Origin: a virus
Virus record (IMG/VR): IMGVR_UViG_3300046690_000339
Span: 15,900 to 79,899 of that record
Reading direction: 5' to 3' (one strand)
Length of the DNA: 64,000 nucleotides
Made by a program: the position numbers and the translations under genes. A model generated the notes under the pieces. The model was not told the origin of the DNA, searched no databases, and worked only from the letters and a program-made list of their open reading frames with translations. Positions 38,436-48,684 of the stretch are shown piece after piece; the stretch's first letter is position 1; every line of letters begins with the position of its first letter.

Positions 38436-39113
38436 CTAGAGAGAGGCTCTGGTTGGTCGTTTCGCCAGCAACAGCCTCAATAGATACCCGCCGGCGCTGC
38501 CGATATCGACCGCGTGAATCCCGCGACTCGCCAGCCGGTTCGCAAGACAGGTCGCCGTCGGTCCACAGCACAACAGCGCCACCTCGGGCTTGGACCTGAC
38601 GATTTCGTCCTCGAGCCGGTCAATCTCGGCGTAGGCCTCGCGGCTCGGACATGGAATCTTTTTCATTCTTTTGGCCGAGAGCCTGACAGCCTTCACGATT
38701 TTGTTTTCCGGTTCCGAAAGCACGGCTACGCGCTTGTCTTTCCAGATCGACTCGACTTTCGCGGCAAACTTGCCGACGTTGATCCATGGAGCGGAGTCCG
38801 GCCTGGTGATAAATGCGCTGTGATAGCACACATCGTTGGGCCGCAGAATCTTAGCGAATCTTTCGGCGTGACGCATCCAGTTGTCATACTTCGGCCCCGC
38901 CGGAGACATCGTCGGGATACCGACCAGGCAATTCACGTCGGGATCTTGCAAAACCTTTAACAGTTCTGAGCCGAGCTCCGCGCAGCCCGGCTCGCGCATA
39001 TAGCCGCCGCCGTCCATCAGCTTCAGCTCGCCGTCACCGAAGCGGGCGAGCGACTTGCCGCTCAACACGGCGTTGATGGTTTTGAATTCGCCTATGACTT
39101 GGGGATAGGTCAT
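38436..39113 (-). CDS. GT-D fold (DUF1792-like) glycosyltransferase
   Basis: SLARFGDGE, SAFITRP, LCCGPTA..LA..L and AVDIG motifs. Confidence 0.8.
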   Translation of the reverse strand: MTYPQVIGEFKTINAVLSGKSLARFGDGELKLMDGGGYMREPGCAELGSELLKVLQDPDVNCLVGIPTMSPAGPKYDNWMRHAERFAKILRPNDVCYHSAFITRPDSAPWINVGKFAAKVESIWKDKRVAVLSEPENKIVKAVRLSAKRMKKIPCPSREAYAEIDRLEDEIVRSKPEVALLCCGPTATCLANRLASRGIHAVDIGSAGGYLLRLLLAKRPTRASL

Positions 39114-39145
39114 AGATTAAACAGATGACACCAACATCGTGCTCA

Positions 39146-39949
39146 TCATAATTCCCTCGTCCAAGGAAACCGCAACGGGTTTTTCGGCTTCGGATTGCCT
39201 TTTTCCATCACCGCCAGGCGCCGCTTTTTATATTCCATCTTGTCGCGCGGCAGTGACCAATCGCTGGCGTCTTTGATCACGTCGCGGGTATAGACCTCCA
39301 AGCGGATCGGCGCCGGCAGTAGCAGCGGCGCACCATGCAGCGCCTCCAGCCGATGCAGGAAAGCGTTGCCGCCGCCGATGGCGCCGGAAAAATCTTCGTT
39401 GTAGCCACCGACCTTATTCAAATAAACGTCGCGGCGTACCAGATAAGAATCGACGTGCGGGTGAATCTCGCCATATTCCTGCTCGTCGGAGATCTTGTCT
39501 TTCTTGCGCGTCTCGTCGGCGCGGCCGACGCGCCAGCGCGGAAAGCGATACCAGTGCTTAGGATCCGGCGTGAAGTTCAGCAACTCGGCTGCTACGTCGG
39601 CGGGTAAAATATGATCGACATCTACAGGTAAAATCCATTCGGTTGTCGCGACGTGAGCGCCGAGATTTCTCGCGCCGCCGCGGTTCCAGGGAATATCCTT
39701 CTCGATGCGGTATAGGTTGAGCGGTGCTTCGCGGAGAAACGGAATCGGGTATCGGTTTGGTTCGGCAAGATGACGCCGTCCGAATGCGCGCTCGGTGATA
39801 ATCGGTAATGCTGCCTCGGGGCTGCCATCGTCGACGCAGATCACCTTGATGCCCTCGGGATAGTGGTTCCACTCTTCGACCTGGCGCTCTAACATAGAAA
39901 TATTGCGGTAGAACGGCACTATCAACGTCACTTCATTTAGCGCATTCAA
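39146..39949 (-). CDS. GT2-family glycosyltransferase
   Basis: VDDGS, WNRGGARNLG, DVDH and GGYNEDF motifs; start likely TTG 39949. Confidence 0.8.
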   Translation of the reverse strand: MNALNEVTLIVPFYRNISMLERQVEEWNHYPEGIKVICVDDGSPEAALPIITERAFGRRHLAEPNRYPIPFLREAPLNLYRIEKDIPWNRGGARNLGAHVATTEWILPVDVDHILPADVAAELLNFTPDPKHWYRFPRWRVGRADETRKKDKISDEQEYGEIHPHVDSYLVRRDVYLNKVGGYNEDFSGAIGGGNAFLHRLEALHGAPLLLPAPIRLEVYTRDVIKDASDWSLPRDKMEYKKRRLAVMEKGNPKPKNPLRFPWTREL

Positions 39950-40550
39950 AGACGATATCCTCTCCGACTCGTTCGACCGGGCGATAATCCAATGGTGCAA
40001 GAAGGGACTCCAAATCTCCATATTTATAACCTAAACGGTGCGCTTTTTTGTTCTCTTCTAGCACGAGCAGCGGCCTGTATTTACCAAGAGTCGCCTGCGC
40101 TCCCTTGAGCGCCGGAATTTCGTAACCCTCAAGATCCAGAAAGATCGCGTCGCAATACTCGAGCGCGAGATCGTCAATCCGGAGCATTGGTATCGGCCCG
40201 GCTGTCTCATCGATCTGGTGACCGCCGCTGTTCTTGCCCCGTATGAGCGCGGCCCCACGGTGATTTGTGCCGAGTGCGGCGCGCATCGCATAGACATTCG
40301 GCAGCGCTGCATTTATCGCAAGACAGGCGAAGTTCTCCCAATCGGGCTCGAAAGTGTAAACGTGTTCAAAATCCTCGGCCAATTTCTTCGGGTAAATGCC
40401 GATATGGCCGCCCGCCTGGATCGCAACGCGCCGCTTGCGCACGCGATTAACGTGTCGATCGAGTTCGAGCGATCGATGAAGATACACCGACGGACCGGAA
40501 AGCGTAGGCGGACACCACCAACCATCTACTTGTTGCGTTCCCTCGATCAA
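39933..40550 (-). CDS. FkbM-family methyltransferase
   Basis: QAGGHIG, FEPD.ENF and LDLEGYE motifs. Confidence 0.8.
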   Translation of the reverse strand: MIEGTQQVDGWWCPPTLSGPSVYLHRSLELDRHVNRVRKRRVAIQAGGHIGIYPKKLAEDFEHVYTFEPDWENFACLAINAALPNVYAMRAALGTNHRGAALIRGKNSGGHQIDETAGPIPMLRIDDLALEYCDAIFLDLEGYEIPALKGAQATLGKYRPLLVLEENKKAHRLGYKYGDLESLLAPLDYRPVERVGEDIVFECAK

Positions 40551-40740
40551 ATTTTTCGCTCCACGCGTCTCGCCAGGATGATTTCAGCGTGAAAAGTGAC
40601 ACTTCTAAGCATTAGAATTGGTTGGAAAGACTTCAAAAGCGGTATGTTGATATGCCTTTTTTCCAAAATCTCGCCACGCTCAACCACGCTCGTTTACGAG
40701 CTGGTCGATTTTTCTTCAAAAGCTCGCGTCCGCAAGTCTT

Positions 40741-41352
40741 TCATGCCTCCACAGCCCGTAGCCAGTTTTTTATCCTGTCCTCATGCGTAGGCCCGCGCAT
40801 CACATCTTTCGAGAATGCCACGCGCGGAAATCCAAACGGCTCAAGCCTGGTTCTCAGTTCCGCCTCGCGGTGCTTTTGACTCGCGATCTTACGCACGTCA
40901 AAATCGATCATGACAAACCAAACTTTTGCGAACTCGTTGGAGTCCAAAAGATCGTCAAGAATGTCACACTCAGCGCCTTCACAATTGAGCTTGAGATAAA
41001 CGATATCGCGGTGATCGACGTTTTTCTGAAACCAATCGGTTGCGCGGACAAACTGACACAGTTCGGAAGCATCCGACCGGGCTTTGTCCTTGTGCCAAAC
41101 GCTTCCGCCCAGCCTACCGGGCTCGTGTATTATCCATTCGCAGCTTCGATTCCATAGTCCGAAGTGCTCGATTCTCACCAAGACCGTTGGGGGAAAGACG
41201 GCGCGTAAGTCGGCGATCTCCTGTAAATACGGCCAGCATAATTCTACCGGCTCAAAGCAAACGATCTCATCGAAGCGAAAGATCGGGTCGAGAGCCGCTG
41301 CCAGGCTTTGGCCGGTGTTGGCGCCGACGTCCAGGAATATGCGGCGGGTCAT
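40741..41352 (-). CDS. FkbM-family methyltransferase
   Basis: LDVGANTG, FEP and KLNCEGAE motifs. Confidence 0.8.
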   Translation of the reverse strand: MTRRIFLDVGANTGQSLAAALDPIFRFDEIVCFEPVELCWPYLQEIADLRAVFPPTVLVRIEHFGLWNRSCEWIIHEPGRLGGSVWHKDKARSDASELCQFVRATDWFQKNVDHRDIVYLKLNCEGAECDILDDLLDSNEFAKVWFVMIDFDVRKIASQKHREAELRTRLEPFGFPRVAFSKDVMRGPTHEDRIKNWLRAVEA

Positions 41353-41552
41353 TGACCCTCCAGCTTAAAGTCATTCGGCTTGAATTCGTCCGGCACGTCC
41401 GCCCAATCGATGATTCCTTTTTTAACCGCGCAGATGGCCAGCTCCTTGACGGAGTGATCGCTTAACTGACCATGCCCATCAACGGTACAAAGACGACCTT
41501 GGCCAAGCGCATACCAGTCCCAAAACTTTTGCGGGAACCTTTTTTCTTCCAT
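41349..41552 (-). CDS. Hypothetical protein
   Basis: MEEKRF start next to the upstream stop. Confidence 0.4.
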   Translation of the reverse strand: MEEKRFPQKFWDWYALGQGRLCTVDGHGQLSDHSVKELAICAVKKGIIDWADVPDEFKPNDFKLEGQ

Positions 41553-41554
41553 TT

Positions 41555-42247
41555 CTACGCCTTCACCATTTGCAGAATACGCTGCCTTCCCGGCCACGGA
41601 ATTTCTGTGAGCGAGTAGCCTAGATCGCTCGCGACTCTTGCGTAAAACGAAAGTGGATGCTTGAACTGTTTCAGCCCGGTCCGAGTGTTGTCAGGCAGGT
41701 CTGTAGGAACATAGCTGAAATAGAAGTTACGGCTGCGCGGCGCGATATCTGCGATGGTCTCGGAGACGATAGCGGACGGAAGATGAATAAAAACCGAAAA
41801 CGCCCATGCGTAATCAAAGCACGGCCAAGTCGGCCAAATCTGCGCGTCAAAAGAATCCACGAAAACAGGACCCTTGAGCGCCCAGGCTTCTGTCACCGAT
41901 AGAGTACGGCAGTGCGCCAGCGCTTCGGCAGAAATATCGATACCGGTATAATTGCCCGCGTTGAGACAGGGAACAATCGCGCGCGCCAAGCGGCCAGTAC
42001 CGCAGCCGAAGTCGAGCAATCGATCCTCCGGACGTAGTCCCTGCGCGATCAAGAAATCCCGCTGAACTGCACCGTAAAACTCCCAATCCCCACCGATGGC
42101 TTGCTGCGGATCGGCTTTCACGCGGGCGTCGGTGTGCTTGCCGTAGGCGGTGAGAAAGTCGTTCTCGCGGTAGAGTTCGACGATATCAGGGTCGCGGCTC
42201 GACTTGTCCGTGAGCCGAGCGATTTCATCCTGGGTAATCCGGTCCAT
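41555..42247 (-). CDS. Class I SAM methyltransferase
   Basis: LLDFGCGTGR, GIDIS and SVFIHL motifs. Confidence 0.8.
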   Translation of the reverse strand: MDRITQDEIARLTDKSSRDPDIVELYRENDFLTAYGKHTDARVKADPQQAIGGDWEFYGAVQRDFLIAQGLRPEDRLLDFGCGTGRLARAIVPCLNAGNYTGIDISAEALAHCRTLSVTEAWALKGPVFVDSFDAQIWPTWPCFDYAWAFSVFIHLPSAIVSETIADIAPRSRNFYFSYVPTDLPDNTRTGLKQFKHPLSFYARVASDLGYSLTEIPWPGRQRILQMVKA

Positions 42248-42756
42248 TAATCTCCGTGCGCCTTGCGCATGTGGTTGTCGCGCGAGCTCGGCGTCGGAAA
42301 CGTCAGCACGCAGTCATCGTCGGTGCACTCGAACTTATAGCCGGTGCCGCCGCTTCTGTGCTTGATCCGGTTGTGAGCGTCAAGTCCGCGATGATTGAGG
42401 AACGGCTTCTGATGCTCCTCACAATAATAGTCGCCGCGAGCGCTACTCTTTCGCGCTATGCCGTGCTTATTCAGCCTGTGATTGTTGAGATGACCAAGGA
42501 CGGCATAAGAGGTCTCGCACCCGGGATGATCGCATCTGAACTTCAAGCGAGGGAGATCGACGGGCAGGTCTTCGGGCAGCTTCTCGACCAACGGCAAACG
42601 CGCGTGGTCGGTATCATCGGACAGATCGCCAATGAAGGCACGCGGCATATCCGTGAACCTGGCTTTCAGCGTCACGTTCTCGCCAGCCGGAAACTTAAAG
42701 CCCTCGTGGAAAAGCTCGTCCAGGTCTGAGGTTTCTAGTTCGATAATGTGCCGCAT
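42247..42756 (-). CDS. Protein with three C2H2-like zinc fingers
   Basis: FRCDHPGC...HRLNKH; YYCEEH...HNRIKH; FECTDDDC...HMRKAH. Confidence 0.7.
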   Translation of the reverse strand: MRHIIELETSDLDELFHEGFKFPAGENVTLKARFTDMPRAFIGDLSDDTDHARLPLVEKLPEDLPVDLPRLKFRCDHPGCETSYAVLGHLNNHRLNKHGIARKSSARGDYYCEEHQKPFLNHRGLDAHNRIKHRSGGTGYKFECTDDDCVLTFPTPSSRDNHMRKAHGD

Positions 42757-42949
42757 CTGTCACCTTTTAGAATTCTGCTACGGCCATATAATCCCCGCAA
42801 TCTCCCACGATGTTTTTATCGAAAGCCGGCCCTCCCCCCATTCACGCCACACGATGCCGAGAAACAGCCATAGGCGTTTTAGATATATTTGCCAGCGGGG
42901 ATAATGCTTCATTCTTTCACCTCACCATGTAGAGCGTTTATCATACGCT

Positions 42950-43657
42950 CTACAATTTCCAATGCTCTTTTAGCCATGGATACTTTTTCTTCTGTTCTTT
43001 GCTCCAGGGAGGATATGCGCCGCTAGTAAACACCATGCAGGCGGCCGGCGCCTGGCGCGATCGCGCCGGTGTCCAGTTGATCTTCATCAAACCGTCGTCG
43101 TTGCTCCACTTGCCTGGCGGTGGATACATCTTGAAGCTCATCCAGCCCTGATCGGAGCCACGATTGCCCGCTGCGGCGGCCTGGGTCGGCGATACGAGCG
43201 GATCGAAGTCTTCCCATATATAAGGATGGGTCCCGGTCCGGAGCAGATAGACACCGCCGGCGATCTTGCCCCAACCGAAGCGCTTGTCGCACCAGCCGAC
43301 GAAATCCTCGTCGCGGTCGACCAGCGGCCTAATGTCGCCGAGGATGACACAATCGATATCGAGCGACAAAATCCGCTCACCCAACACGACTGCTTCACGT
43401 GAAAAACTCCATAACCGACAGTAACAGCTTGGAAATCTCTCGCCGTGCGGGCTCTTGATGTCGTCGAAGCGCACCGGCATCGGCATAGCCTCGATGCGCG
43501 GATCGAGATCTTTAGCGTCGTCGGTAATGCAGATGAAGCGAAACTCGCGCGGATACCAGCGGGCAACCATGGCGTAGAGCACGTTGACGTGTTTGGCACG
43601 AAACTTTCGCCGGCTGCTGTTCGGGTCGCGCCATTTCCAGGTGACGAAGGAAATCAT
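42950..43657 (-). CDS. GT-A-like glycosyltransferase
   Basis: WKW...HVN...CITD...SLDIDCVI...SDQGW. Confidence 0.7.
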   Translation of the reverse strand: MISFVTWKWRDPNSSRRKFRAKHVNVLYAMVARWYPREFRFICITDDAKDLDPRIEAMPMPVRFDDIKSPHGERFPSCYCRLWSFSREAVVLGERILSLDIDCVILGDIRPLVDRDEDFVGWCDKRFGWGKIAGGVYLLRTGTHPYIWEDFDPLVSPTQAAAAGNRGSDQGWMSFKMYPPPGKWSNDDGLMKINWTPARSRQAPAACMVFTSGAYPPWSKEQKKKYPWLKEHWKL

Positions 43658-43966
43658 TCAAGGGAGTGCGGCCTGGGCCGATGACTGGGTAGGTGGCCGG
43701 TCACTCGGCGCCGCACGAATGGCAAATTTCCAGAACGAGCATTCTCTAACGTATGAAGGGACAACTGGAATCCCTTCATATCCTGCACGCCCTGAGCCTT
43801 TGCAGGTCGGGCAAACATCGGGGCGGAGCTGCATTGGGGGTTCCGGACTCATTGGAAATCTAAATTGATAGCCTTCGCCACAGCAGGCTTTGCAATCTTC
43901 GATCATCGCGTTTCCCTCGGCGTAATTTGTCTGGCCGCTCGCCGGCTCAGCGCGTTTATAGCTCAC
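43658..43966 (-). CDS. Protein with DnaJ-type CxxCxGxG repeats
   Basis: CKACCGEG and CPTCKGSG. Confidence 0.5.
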   Translation of the reverse strand: MSYKRAEPASGQTNYAEGNAMIEDCKACCGEGYQFRFPMSPEPPMQLRPDVCPTCKGSGRAGYEGIPVVPSYVRECSFWKFAIRAAPSDRPPTQSSAQAALP

Positions 43967-44136
43967 CGCTCCTGGCTCTCGATCTGCTTCAGCGCGAGCT
44001 CAATCGCCTTGGATATTTTGGTTTGGCCGGTCTCCCAGCGAATAATGCTCAGCCTCTGCACCCCAATGCGCTTGGCGAGCTCCTCCTGAGTGAAACCGAG
44101 CCGCTCGCGGCGTCTTTTCATATCTTCGCCAGTCAT
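43963..44136 (-). CDS. XRE-family HTH regulator
   Basis: RERLGFTQEELAKRIGV...IIRWETG. Confidence 0.85.
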   Translation of the reverse strand: MTGEDMKRRRERLGFTQEELAKRIGVQRLSIIRWETGQTKISKAIELALKQIESQER

Positions 44137-44147
44137 GGTTTCTCTGT

Positions 44148-44162
44148 GTACCATAATAATAC
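44148..44162. promoter_or_regulatory. Operator-like palindrome, copy 1
   Basis: GTACCA-TAA-TAATAC upstream of the XRE gene. Confidence 0.5.
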
Positions 44163-44176
44163 ACCGTAGCGCAAGC

Positions 44177-45091
44177 CTAATCGAGCAAACTCAGCGCCTG
44201 TTGGGTAGCCTTGGCCCGGTTGAGAGCTTCGCGGATACGGCGCAGATGCGCCATGATGATGTCCAGGCGTTGGGCCCTGAGTTCGGTATCGCCGTCGAGG
44301 ACCGACGACAGCACGGCGACCTCGTCGCTCTTGAAGCTCCGGATGACAAGCGACTCCACGCGCGCCATCAATTCGTCATACTTCGAGGTGATCTCGCGCC
44401 GGTGCTTTTGCTCGTCAGTGTTGCCGGTGTCAAAGAGCTGTGTCTGCTGCTCGTTCTGCGCCATGGCGTCGACCAGCAGCCACCAATGATTGAGATTCAT
44501 CGAGCCGGCCTTCTTGAAAGCGAGCATCTGGTTCTGGTGATTGATCTTCGTCAGGTGCAGCGCCTGGGCCGGGCTAATGGCGCCGTGCACCACGCCCTCG
44601 CGCATGGCGGCGCTCAGCTTCTGGAGCTTTAACCTGTCGCGCACGAAGGTCCAGGGTTTGCCGATGATCTTGGCGACCTCGGCCTCGTCGATGCCACCGC
44701 GGGTTTTCTGGAGCTCGGCCAGGGCGTCGCTCTCCTCGATCACGTTTAAATCCTTGCGATGCAAATTCTCGATGATAGATAAGGTCCGGATGCGCAACGG
44801 GTCGCCATCGTCATTTACGAGCGACTTGATGGTGCCCAGGCCGGCCAGTAGATGAGCCCGCCAGCGCCGCTCGCCCGCGACAATCATCCATCGCGCGCCG
44901 TTGGGCCGGATCGTGATCGGCTGCATCAGCCCGTCTTTCTTGATCGACTCGGCGAGCTCCTCGAGGTCGCGGTGCGTGAATTGCCGTCGTGGTTGACCTG
45001 GGTCCGCGTCGATATCGGCGACGGGAATTTCTATGACGCTGGTTTTCATCCGGCGCATTCTATGATCTTCGATCTCAATCACCTTGCTCAT
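44177..45091 (-). CDS. ParB/Spo0J-like protein
   Basis: QPRRQF, GLMQPI, AGERRWRA and ENLHRKDL motifs. Confidence 0.9.
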   Translation of the reverse strand: MSKVIEIEDHRMRRMKTSVIEIPVADIDADPGQPRRQFTHRDLEELAESIKKDGLMQPITIRPNGARWMIVAGERRWRAHLLAGLGTIKSLVNDDGDPLRIRTLSIIENLHRKDLNVIEESDALAELQKTRGGIDEAEVAKIIGKPWTFVRDRLKLQKLSAAMREGVVHGAISPAQALHLTKINHQNQMLAFKKAGSMNLNHWWLLVDAMAQNEQQTQLFDTGNTDEQKHRREITSKYDELMARVESLVIRSFKSDEVAVLSSVLDGDTELRAQRLDIIMAHLRRIREALNRAKATQQALSLLD

Positions 45092-45253
45092 CTGTTCTCC
45101 TCGGCTTGATGATGAGTTGATTATCGAATTGCTGGTTCTCGAATTGCTCGCAGCGCGCGCAGCCTACGGCATCAAAGAAAACCACCCACTCCCGCTGGAA
45201 GTAATCAGCATTTGCTTGCGCTTGTTGCTTTGCGCTTTCGAAGTCTCTGCAAA

Positions 45254-45520
45254 TCATCGCGCACCTCCCTCTGCGTCCGAGATGTGTATCGCCAATTCCT
45301 GCAGGTCGTCCCAAACTTCTTTGAGCTTGTAAACGCGGACGGTGTACTCTTGGACCGCCGTGTTGATTGCGTCGGGGCCTTGCGGATAGTAGTCGCGCCC
45401 GTTGGGTGACGCGGCTTCGAGCGCCTTCAGGGCCTCGTAAACCTTGTGACCAGCTTCCAGTACCTGTTCGAGCAATTGATCGCGGCCTGTGCCATTTCGG
45501 TGAATGGTTGGCTTGATCAT
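45254..45520 (-). CDS. Hypothetical phage protein
   Basis: PTIHRNGTG...PNGRDYYPQG; start MIKP. Confidence 0.6.
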   Translation of the reverse strand: MIKPTIHRNGTGRDQLLEQVLEAGHKVYEALKALEAASPNGRDYYPQGPDAINTAVQEYTVRVYKLKEVWDDLQELAIHISDAEGGAR

Positions 45521-45711
45521 GATCGGCCTCGTTTCGCCCGTTCGATTTCGGTCAACACTTCTGTTTTCTTGGGTGTGATGCAGGGCCATGGATCGCCGAG
45601 CGATACCCACTGGCCGCACAAGCGGACCGACACCCAGGTATAGGTGAGACTGCCATAGCGCCGGCGCACCAAGCTGATCTCGTCGCCGGTCTTGAGTGTT
45701 TGGACTGTCAT
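45517..45711 (-). CDS. Hypothetical protein
   Basis: Coupled ORF. Confidence 0.45.
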   Translation of the reverse strand: MTVQTLKTGDEISLVRRRYGSLTYTWVSVRLCGQWVSLGDPWPCITPKKTEVLTEIERAKRGRS

Positions 45712-46141
45712 GGCGGAAATCCCATCACGACCATCATCAAGCCAAGGAATATGGCGATGATGATGAGTAGGGCGACCTTCAAAATCGTTTTCATCATCAG
45801 CTCTCTACCACTCCAGCAGCGCGCAAACCGCGCCGCCGAGGATGATGATTGCAAACGCCACGTATCCAGCAGCCGCAAGAATAAGTCCCGACTGCAACTG
45901 GATGCCGATTAAATTTAACGCTGTTTCCATGATTTTCTCCTTGTCTGTATTGAATTGATACCAATGCGGATAAAAAAATATCGACCTATTTCTCGCACGC
46001 CTTTTTGCAGTCGCCGCAGAGCGGTTCCCAAAGTGCGAACTCATCTGGTTTGCTTTGCGGATAGCTCAGTGCGAGCACAACGCCGCATTTACAAGTTTTT
46101 AAGCCGAGCGCTTTGGATTCGTTGTTTGTTTTCATATTCTT

Positions 46142-46170
46142 AATGTAACATTTTGATACGTAGATGTCAA
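46142..46170 (-). promoter_or_regulatory. Sigma70 promoter with operator (copy 2)
   Basis: TTGACA-17-TACATT; palindrome GTAACA-TTT-TGATAC at 46145-46159. Confidence 0.7.
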
Positions 46171-46186
46171 GAGGAAAGATTATTTT

Positions 46187-46384
46187 TCAGCCTTCTCTTT
46201 TGCTCGCCGCCCGTTGATTCCAGTATCGCTCTGCATTTCCGGCGCTCTTAAACCACGGTCCTTGTGCGCCACAGGATCTACACCTTACAAAGTGAGCCCA
46301 TGCGTCAGGCTCACCGTCTTGGCATCCATCGCGGAGTGATTTGGCTAGCATTCCTTGACCCGCACAGAATGGGCATGGCTTCAT
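46187..46384 (-). CDS. Lar-like zinc-ribbon protein
   Basis: MKPCPFC...CRSCGAQGP...WNQR. Confidence 0.75.
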   Translation of the reverse strand: MKPCPFCAGQGMLAKSLRDGCQDGEPDAWAHFVRCRSCGAQGPWFKSAGNAERYWNQRAASKREG

Positions 46385-46596
46385 TTCTCTACTCCTTTTC
46401 CTTTGCGCTCATCGTGGCCCGAGCAATCCACACCGGATGCAACTCAACGATGACTTGGTTCGTGATCGATCCGTCGTCATGCTTCACCATCCGATCGACC
46501 GTGACGAGCAAGCGTCCCTGGTCGAGTATCTTTTCCACCTGTGCGCTCCCATAAGGCAGCACATTAACTTTTTCTCCGCGTCTCGGTTGAATCATG

Positions 46597-47388
46597 TTAG
46601 CTCCTCTCCTGTCCCGGCAACTCATCGCCGCCGGCCGCTTGGTTGAGTTTCTTCACCAGATCGAGCCTTAAAAACTTGATGTGCGCGTGGCCGTTGCCGT
46701 AGCACTTGATCTCGAAATAGTCGTCGCTCCAGGACTCGCCTGTACGCTTGTCTTTCATGCCTGTGTTGAACCTGGTCCTGAAATCGTGCGGGTATTTCTG
46801 GACGCCCTTGCCGTCGAGCAGGGAAAACACGTTGCCCAGGGAATTGAAGTTAGCGTCGTGGTAGTAATCGATCTCGAAGCCGCCGCTATAAGTCGGTCGT
46901 ACGCCGGAAACGATGACGCGCGGGCCGATCTTCCATCTCTGGTTTGTTTTGAGAGCGCCCGTACCCAGGCGCTATGTGGTCGTAGCCAGTCAAAGACCTC
47001 TTTTATCGACTCGTCGAGAAGACCCTTGACCCTGCCGGCCAGCCCCTGCAAGGTGCCCATGATGTTGTCGGCGGTCAGCGGCGGCAGCTCGTTTTTCTGG
47101 ATCTGCTCCTCCATCTCCTTGCGCCGTTTCTCCGTCATGTAGTGCTTGAGACCGGTCTGGTCCAGGATGTATTTCCAGGCGTTGCGGGTGAGGTGATCAT
47201 AAACTTCTTTCTCGGATCGCTCCTCGAACACCGAGTCGCCGTAGTTGTGGGAGCTTGGAAGGATGTTGTGATAATAGCCGCCCTTATCACCGAGCGTCGC
47301 CTGGAGCCGCGCCTTTGCACCGCGCAGCGTCTCAAAGGCTTGCTTGATTTCGAGCTTCTTCTGGCCTACTATTTTGTCGAACGTCATG
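46597..47388 (-). pseudogene. DUF4942-like protein, frameshifted near 46965 (possible homopolymer error)
   Basis: VFDWLRP continues in another frame as LKTNQRWKIG...FSLLDGKG...YFEIKCYGNGHAHIKF. Confidence 0.65.
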
Positions 47389-47959
47389 CCAGTCCTGAAC
47401 AAAAACGTGAAATTATCGATGCATATATTCTTGGAAAAGATTTAACGCAATGGTATCCGCTTTTGATAATGCATGACAGCAGGCCAACCCAGGCGATCGA
47501 CCAAGCCTGCAACAACATCTCCAGTCCACCGGCCAAATCCCGCAATCCATGTCAATCAAAACCTCAATATATAGTGGCCATGCTGCACCTCGTGAGCTTC
47601 GGTGCTAGAAAAGTTTGACTTAACGCCGCTTTTTGACTTAATTTGTTCTCTGTGGGGGCTGCTGAACGACGTCACAAAAAAATCGACCTGGATATCTTCA
47701 AAGGCCAGCGCCAGTTCGGTGTCGATTGGCCGGGTATCAGCGATTACACGGCTTAGCACGCTTTGATCTCTGCCCACTACTACCGCGAAAACTTGTCATT
47801 TGCTCTGTCAAGCATAAAGTTCAGTTTAATGAATAAATATGCGAATTTTGCATTTTGGCATTGACAAAGCCTTTCCGGCCAAATATAAGAAACAAGCATG
47901 GCGCTCTTAGAACAAACACCTGTGCAATTCGTTAGGGAATTGATGGAAAAGCGCGGCTG

Positions 47960-48678
47960 GAACCAAGCTGCTCGTTGACGTTGGCACCGCCTGCGGGAAG
48001 TATCACCATGAGCATGTGCGCAATCTGAATACCCGCCGCGTCCAGGCCGATGAAATTTGGTCTTTCGTCTATGCGAAGGCGAAGAATGTACCGGAAGAAA
48101 AGAAGGCGCCTGGCGTTGGCGATGTTTGGACCTGGACGGCGACGGATGCAGACGCGAAGCTAATGATTTCCTATCTCGTTGGAGGGCGCGACGCTGGCTT
48201 CGCTTTCGAGTTTATGCAGGACGTTGCCTCGCGCCTTTCGAATCGCGTACAGCTAACCACAGACGGTCACAGACCCTATCTCGAAGCCGTTGAGGATACT
48301 TTCGGCGCTGATATCGATTATGCGCAGCTTGTGAAAATTTATGGAACAGAGCAGCTACCGAGCGAATCGCGGTATAGCCCGCCGAAATGCCTCGGCGCTC
48401 GGCCTCATACCGTGACCGGCAATCCCGACGAAAAGCATATCAGCACCAGCTATATCGAGCGACAGAACCTAACCATGCGGATGATGAATAGAAGATTTAC
48501 CAGATTGACGAATGCATTCTCCAAGAAAATCGAAAACCATAAGCATTCGGTTGCGCTTCACTTCATGCACTATAATTTTTGCCGGATTCACAAAACCCTG
48601 AGAGTGACGCCAGCGATGGAAGCGGGACTATCGAATCATGTATGGGAAATCGAGGAAATTATCTCGTTACTGAATTAA
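47960..48678 (+). mobile_element. IS1-family-like DDE transposase, 5' truncated
   Basis: QADEIWSFV, TTDG, ISTSYIERQNLTMR and RRFTRLTNAFSKK motifs; frame open from TKLLVDVG. Confidence 0.8.
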
Positions 48679-48684
48679 ACTATT

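Noticed and set aside
46955-46975. Programmed frameshift in the DUF4942-like gene
   Set aside because: No slippery heptamer; one missing G in a short run explains it (error or decay).
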